A DNA stretch of 19,897 bases from Promethearchaeota archaeon (lineage in GTDB: Archaea > Asgardarchaeota > Lokiarchaeia > Sigyniarchaeales > SOKP01). The notes beneath the pieces are model-generated. The model had not been told where the DNA came from and did no database searches. It saw nothing but the letters and a program-made list of their open reading frames with translations. This document shows, piece by piece, positions 17,187 through 19,897 of this stretch (position 1 is its first letter; each line of letters begins with the position of its first letter). A program made the translations under genes and the position numbers. The stretch covers positions 1 through 19,897 of the forward strand of contig JAEOSU010000058.1 of the NCBI GenBank assembly GCA_016840165.1. Direction: 5' to 3'.

Positions 17187-17218
17187 ATTTTTTACTCACC
17201 TCGATTTAATGGAATATT

Positions 17219-17608
17219 TTAAAAAAAATCTTTTAAGAGAAGTATCAAAGATATAAATAAACCATTTTTCACTTCTTTAGAAAAGAATTCTTTCTCCTCC
17301 TCGTTATCTTCCACTTTAGTGGAAACTATAGCTACTTTTTCGAATATATAAGGTAAATTATATTTGTCCAATATTTCATGTTTATAGTTAAGTATATTGT
17401 CTTTACTGAAACGAAAAAAATCTAAACTTTTTCCTTCAGATATGTATTTTCTCCATTCAATCTGATTTTCAATTAAGGCCAACATATTTATATTATGATG
17501 AATCTCAGTAAGATCTAATGGAGTCTTCTGTAAAAGTCCTTCTATCTTTTTCTCATATATCTGTTTTTGTTCCAGTAAGTTATTCATATATTCTTTTTTC
17601 TTATCCAT
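17219..17608 (-). CDS. Hypothetical alpha-helical protein, local family B (B1)
   Basis: SD GAGGTGA; paralogous to 16845-17186 and 19330-19644 (SEGK, ExxxKY). Confidence 0.85.
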   Translation of the reverse strand: MDKKKEYMNNLLEQKQIYEKKIEGLLQKTPLDLTEIHHNINMLALIENQIEWRKYISEGKSLDFFRFSKDNILNYKHEILDKYNLPYIFEKVAIVSTKVEDNEEEKEFFSKEVKNGLFISLILLLKDFF

Positions 17609-17614
17609 TTTTTA

Positions 17615-17660
17615 TTCACCTCTCTAAGAAATTAAGAAAAAATATAGCCTGAATATTAGA
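17615..17660 (-). repeat. 46-bp SD-bearing junction element, copy 1
   Basis: Minus strand tctaatattcagGctAtattttttcttaatttcttagaGaggtgaa; 43/46 identical to 19715-19760 (+). Confidence 0.92.
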
Positions 17661-18223
17661 ATAATGAGTAATGATATTGCTAATAGTAAACCGATAACAA
17701 TTCTAACATGACCTTTTTCTTCATGAATCTTTTTCTCTTTTTTCTCCTGTTCTTTTAATAATTTAATTATAGGCGCAAAGTGTTCTTTCGTTGGAGGACG
17801 AAAGGATAATACGGATAAAAAAGAGGCATTCATTCCTAATGAAAACCCATCTCTACTCGTATGCATTAAATAATCAAATATTTCCCAATCCCTATCGGTA
17901 AACGGTTTGAGATAATCCATTTTATAACAAAAAACTTTCCATTCATTATTGGAAATAAATAATTGTCTTTTTAGTTTTCTAAAGTCTTCTTCCTTATCCC
18001 ATTTCCACCAAACGCCCTTAGGACATTCCTTATTATGAATAGTTGGAACAGTATAGAAAAAATTGTAATTAGATTCTTTTTGTAATGATACCGAAGAATC
18101 GGGATGTATCCAGACCTTAAAATTGATCGTGAAAAAATTAGCTCCAATTGTTTTATCTCCTACACTAGCCCTTTCTACTCTCTCCTGAAACTCTCTCCAT
18201 TCCTGTTTGGTAAATTTTTTTAT
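17624..18223 (-). CDS. Hypothetical tail-anchored membrane protein, local family A (A1); extended to ATA 18223 (199 aa)
   Basis: The frame stays open for 101 codons upstream of the track's ATG 17920 (IKKFTKQEWREFQERVE...NNEWKVFCYK-MDYLKPF). SD GAGGTGA at 18239-18233 contains an in-frame TGA. The extension is homologous to 18503-18934. Confidence 0.78.
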   Translation of the reverse strand: MKKFTKQEWREFQERVERASVGDKTIGANFFTINFKVWIHPDSSVSLQKESNYNFFYTVPTIHNKECPKGVWWKWDKEEDFRKLKRQLFISNNEWKVFCYKMDYLKPFTDRDWEIFDYLMHTSRDGFSLGMNASFLSVLSFRPPTKEHFAPIIKLLKEQEKKEKKIHEEKGHVRIVIGLLLAISLLIILIFRLYFFLIS

Positions 18224-18238
18224 TTTTTTGATTCACCT

Positions 18239-18253
18239 CTCTGGACTCCAGAG
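18239..18253. repeat. Perfect 7-1-7 palindrome CTCTGGA-C-TCCAGAG abutting the SD of the left operon
   Basis: Read directly from the sequence. Confidence 0.85.
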
Positions 18254-18263
18254 CTAACACGAG

Positions 18264-18279
18264 TATTTAAATTTTTCTG
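18264..18279 (-). promoter_or_regulatory. BRE/TATA promoter of the leftward island operon
   Basis: Minus strand CAGAAAAA-TTTAAATA; standard archaeal spacing places the start site near 18241, just before the SD. Confidence 0.6.
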
Positions 18280-18343
18280 ATTCCTCCAGTATCATCAAAC
18301 TAAGGTTATACATTGTGTCCTATCATCTAAAAATTCAATAATC

Positions 18344-18402
18344 TGTTTATTAAATTGGGTCGAAAATTTGATAAAGATTGTTATTTTTTCTGACTGTCGC
18401 AA
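18344..18402. repeat. 59-bp direct repeat, copy 2 (between the divergent island operons)
   Basis: tgtttattaaattgggTCgaaaatttgataaagattgttattttttctgaCtgtcGcaa; 55/59 identical to 16185-16243. Confidence 0.95.
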
Positions 18403-18468
18403 TAATTTTCTTCCTTATAGTCTTATTACAGGAGAGAAAGAAGAATAGAGAACAATTAAATAACCGTT

Positions 18469-18497
18469 TTTTTTCTTAATTTCTTAGAGAGGTGAAT
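18469..18497 (+). repeat. SD-bearing junction element, partial copy 2 (29 bp)
   Basis: ttttttcttaatttcttagagaggtgaat, identical to the reverse complement of 17614-17642. Confidence 0.92.
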
Positions 18498-18502
18498 GAA
18501 AA

Positions 18503-18934
18503 ATGTTTATAGGAGATAAAGAAAAAGTATATAATGAGATAAAAAACAAGCTTGATTTTTCAGATCAGGAATGGAGAGCATTTCAAGAGAAACAAATCTC
18601 TCTCAAACCCTTTAATGATAAAGAATGGAAAGCATTCCAACTGATTAGAAAAGAAATAGAGAGCAGTCATATATCCATAGGTGTTAATTTCTTTTCTGCT
18701 ACACAAGTTAAGACTAAAAACGGGTGGAAGAGATTATCAGAGGAATATAGAATATCGGAATCTACCTATAATAAACCTGAACTTACTCAAAGCAATCGAG
18801 TAGAGCCATTTGATAAGTGGGACGCAATTTGGTGGTGTTTTATCTTAACGGGAATTATCCTTATTGCTATTCTCGTAATATCATTTGTTAATAGTTTTGG
18901 ATGGAAGGCGTTTTGGGATATTCTTAGTGCTTAA
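18503..18934 (+). CDS. Hypothetical tail-anchored membrane protein, local family A (A2)
   Basis: SD GAGGTGA; tandem FSDQEWRAF / FNDKEWKAF motifs, IGVNFF and a C-terminal TM helix. Confidence 0.85.
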   Translation: MFIGDKEKVYNEIKNKLDFSDQEWRAFQEKQISLKPFNDKEWKAFQLIRKEIESSHISIGVNFFSATQVKTKNGWKRLSEEYRISESTYNKPELTQSNRVEPFDKWDAIWWCFILTGIILIAILVISFVNSFGWKAFWDILSA

Positions 18935-18971
18935 TTCCATTCCTTTACTTTATAAATGAGGTGAAAGAAAA

Positions 18972-19316
18972 ATGAATGAAGTTTCCGAAAATATAGACAG
19001 GAGAAGTTTAGTTATACAAAAACTTATTGATAAATATACTGAAATTGTAATTATGTTAGAAGATGGATTAAGGAAAATTCTTAGAGATGATTTATCAGTC
19101 GAGGCAAATAAGAATGATATTATGTTTCAAATTAGACTGATCGGGATTTATTCTGGATTTGTTGAATATTATAAACAAAAGCTTCATGACAAGACTGTTT
19201 TCTTACTTCCTCCATCCCTAAGTGATATAGGGGATACAAATCGTTTGAGAAAAATTGAGCAAGAAATTCGAAAGAAATTTGATGTGCCTAAATCTATTCC
19301 TATAATTTATAAATAA
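18972..19316 (+). CDS. Hypothetical alpha-helical protein, probable divergent family B member (B3)
   Basis: SD GAGGTGA; helical pattern and C-terminal EIRKKFDVP correspond to ELYQKYNLP / EILDKYNLP. Confidence 0.8.
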   Translation: MNEVSENIDRRSLVIQKLIDKYTEIVIMLEDGLRKILRDDLSVEANKNDIMFQIRLIGIYSGFVEYYKQKLHDKTVFLLPPSLSDIGDTNRLRKIEQEIRKKFDVPKSIPIIYK

Positions 19317-19329
19317 GGGGAGAAAAAAA

Positions 19330-19644
19330 ATATCTGAAGAAGAACGGGCAAGATATAAAGAAGCATTTGAAAATACTAAAAAGGATTTTCGTGAAATGAT
19401 GGAGAAATATTTAGAATTTAAAAACCAACAAGAAAAAATAATCGAAAAATATTTAAAAGAGAAACTTGTAGATTTACGGAAAATTAAAATTCATATTGGC
19501 TTTTTAACTAAAGAGATTTGTCTCGTAGAGCATTTTAGATTATCCTCAGAAGGTAAAACTATAGAAGCGATGAAATGCATATCTAATGAATACTTTAATA
19601 AGGTATTAAATGAGTTATATGAAAAATATAAAATAACTGAATAA
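19330..19644 (+). CDS. Hypothetical alpha-helical protein, family B (B4); extended to ATA 19330 (104 aa)
   Basis: SD-like GGGGAG at 19317-19322, then ATA TCT GAA GAA GAA CGG... in frame with ATG 19396; SEGK and ELYEKY are shared with B1/B2. Confidence 0.72.
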   Translation: MSEEERARYKEAFENTKKDFREMMEKYLEFKNQQEKIIEKYLKEKLVDLRKIKIHIGFLTKEICLVEHFRLSSEGKTIEAMKCISNEYFNKVLNELYEKYKITE

Positions 19645-19670
19645 TTTTTTTTTTTCATTTCTTTTTTTCT
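19645..19670 (+). terminator. Oligo-T archaeal terminator-like tract after the rightward operon
   Basis: T11-CA-TTT-C-T7 immediately after the stop at 19644. Confidence 0.55.
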
Positions 19671-19714
19671 AAATAGTCTACATTTTTGAAATATCAGATC
19701 GCATTTTCTTCAGA

Positions 19715-19760
19715 TCTAATATTCAGACTTTATTTTTTCTTAATTTCTTAGAAAGGTGAA
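19715..19760 (+). repeat. 46-bp SD-bearing junction element, copy 3
   Basis: tctaatattcagActTtattttttcttaatttcttagaAaggtgaa; inverted relative to 17615-17660. Confidence 0.92.
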
Positions 19761-19764
19761 GGAA

Positions 19765-19827
19765 AAGTGGTCATTGAAAATGACCATTTATTTTTTCTAA
19801 TAGTTCGTGAAAGACTTGTTTCACGAA
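19765..19827. other. Two tandem hairpins / inverted repeats
   Basis: TGGTCATT-GAA-AATGACCA (19768-19786, extendable to 19765-19789) and TTCGTGAAA-GACTTG-TTTCACGAA (19804-19827). Confidence 0.8.
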
Positions 19828-19897
19828 GAAATTGTTATATATAATTAGATCAAATCTATAATAGCATTTCTAGAATTAAAAAATGGAGAGAATTAAA

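Noticed and set aside
19767-19844. 25-codon GTG ORF after junction-element copy 3
   Set aside because: It has an SD but is very short, runs through two hairpins and shows no similarity to families A or B; not called as a CDS.
16185-19897. CRISPR array, integron or provirus interpretation of the island
   Set aside because: Repeats are not regularly spaced with unique spacers, there are no attC-like bottom-strand hairpins with GTT ends, and no cas, integrase, transposase or virion genes lie in the window.

Overview
AT-rich archaeal window, most likely from an Asgard (Lokiarchaeia-like) genome. This is inferred from the GPN-loop GTPase, TrmB, GAGGTGA Shine-Dalgarno (SD) motifs and a eukaryote-type SECIS. 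Bases 1-16120 hold mostly housekeeping and metabolic genes: M19 dipeptidase, Gfo/Idh/MocA oxidoreductase, TrmB, eukaryote-type xylulokinase, Lrp, SlyD, a DRE-TIM synthase, a GIFT-domain protein, NDP-sugar pyrophosphorylase, GPN GTPase, an NDT-like protein beside an orphan DNA methyltransferase, DsrE, a NIPA-like transporter and IlvC. Main discovery: an unannotated small membrane ORF (3240-3446, minus) has an in-frame UGA in a GGG-U-G-C context, followed by a eukaryote-like SECIS (AUGA-N11-AAA...GA). It is a candidate novel selenoprotein with SelK/SelS-like architecture. Second, three genes, including the conserved GPN GTPase, can be full length only if they start at a non-canonical codon, best fitted by AUA behind a well-spaced SD. 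Third, 16185-19897 is an accessory island of two divergent, mirror-image operons built from two unknown paralogous families, with a 59-bp direct repeat and a recurring 29-46 bp SD-bearing element.
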